Both the position numbers and the translations under genes were made by a program. A DNA stretch of 64,000 bases, taken from Marsupella aquatica. Its lineage: Eukaryota; Plantae; Marchantiophyta. The stretch covers positions 9,833,440 through 9,897,439 of the forward strand of contig OZ316894.1 in NCBI GenBank assembly GCA_973895155.1, given 5' to 3'. The first letter of the stretch is position 1; the number at the start of each line of letters is the position of its first letter. Below the pieces are notes generated by a model. It ran no database searches, had not been told where the DNA came from, and was given only the letters and a program-made list of their open reading frames with translations. Shown here in pieces: positions 63,175 through 64,000 of the stretch.

Positions 63175-63796
63175 TCAAGCTGTGTATTTAGCAGCCGAGA
63201 GGCCAAGTCTATTGCCTGCATACACCCCGCAAACAGAGTATGCATCAGGCTTATAAAACATAGTATCAGTAAACCCTAAATGACGGAGGCGATCCCTTAG
63301 ACCAAAAACACCCTCAATGTCGGTGAAATTATCAGACCACACACAAATGACATGTTGACCAACAGGGATCTTTTCCTCTTTGGGAAACCCAGACTTGAGA
63401 GGTTTGGTATGACAGGTGGAAACCTTCGCATCAGTTGCCAAACTACCTTTCACAATGGCAGCAACAATTTTTGCCCACTGGGAGTCTACTACATGGCTGT
63501 CAACAAAAGTCATCCATTTTCCAGACATGACATTATTGGCAATAGCTAGACTTTCAATATGAGAGTTCTGTAGCCTTTCGTGAGAAGAAAGACACAATGA
63601 TTCCCAAGCTGTAGCTAACCCTGTTGTATTGACAAGGCAATCCAATTCCTTGTTTGACTGAAGGGTGCTAACAGTCAGCCATTCAATGTAGTTGAAGGGA
63701 ATGGATGCTGGCTTCCATATATTCGTCAAGGAATTCAGAAATGGATTGAAGGTCGCTATCAAAGCATACTACATGAGATGACTGCCCAACATCCAT
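63175..63796 (-). pseudogene. C11orf68/BLES03-like (DUF1917/UPF0696, eIF4E-like fold) protein, intronless, one frameshift at ~63720
   Basis: SGKWMTF, VDSQWAKI, AKVST, HVICVWSDNFTD, FYKPDAYSVCGVYAGN parallel C11orf68 motifs SGKW, AKVSP, VICVYTDDFTD, YKPDVYTYLGIY. The N-terminus MDVGQSSHVVCFDSDLQSISEFLDE lies in another frame. Confidence 0.8.
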
Positions 63797-64000
63797 GACT
63801 GTGAGCAAGGGAATGAATTGACCCCTGCAAGCACATACTTGACAATTAATACTAGTGAAGACAAGGAGAATTTGCAGTCGGAACTTCATCAAGTAGGGCA
63901 CGATTTGCAGAGGACATGGTATTGAAGACAATTACCTGATGAAAGAATGTTGGACCTTGGATACAGTGCGAACGTGCACTTGTGCGATGATTGAAATGGC

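Larger units (their letters stand above)
50789..64000. mobile_element. Mutator-like element (MULE); left end approximate, right end not identified in window
   Basis: MULE transposase at 51785-61127. TIR-like segment with paired CGGATGGACAC/CCGATGGACAC and TTAACGGAA motifs at ~50790-50950. Inclusion of the 61.3-63.8 kb ORFs is inferred. Confidence 0.55.

Overview
Eukaryotic, transposon-rich land-plant DNA with GT-AG introns; no rRNA, tRNA or CRISPR seen. The lineage cannot be determined from sequence alone. There are two host-type genes. One is an 8-exon UPF1/SEN1-like SF1 helicase gene (minus, ~14.2-21.5 kb) with an N-terminal ParB/Srx-like domain, a 41-aa repeat linker and a C-terminal TM segment followed by a frameshifted plant-KASH-like tail. 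The other is a 4-exon SURNod19 gene (plus, 44.0-47.2 kb). Mobile DNA comprises an internally deleted Bianca-type Copia, a 5'-truncated LINE with a 15-bp TSD, a 3.85-kb TG..CA unit with a 5-bp TSD holding one long decayed ORF, and an apparently intact PIF/Harbinger element. It also includes LTR remnants and a Mutator-like transposase whose intron holds a young Copia. Convergent with that transposase is a compact intronless cassette: a C11orf68/BLES03 (DUF1917, eIF4E-like fold) ORF, an F-box-like ORF and an RPA70C-like OB-fold ORF. The cassette and the ParB-helicase-KASH architecture are the best candidates for undescribed systems. All domain calls are by eye from motifs, with no database search.
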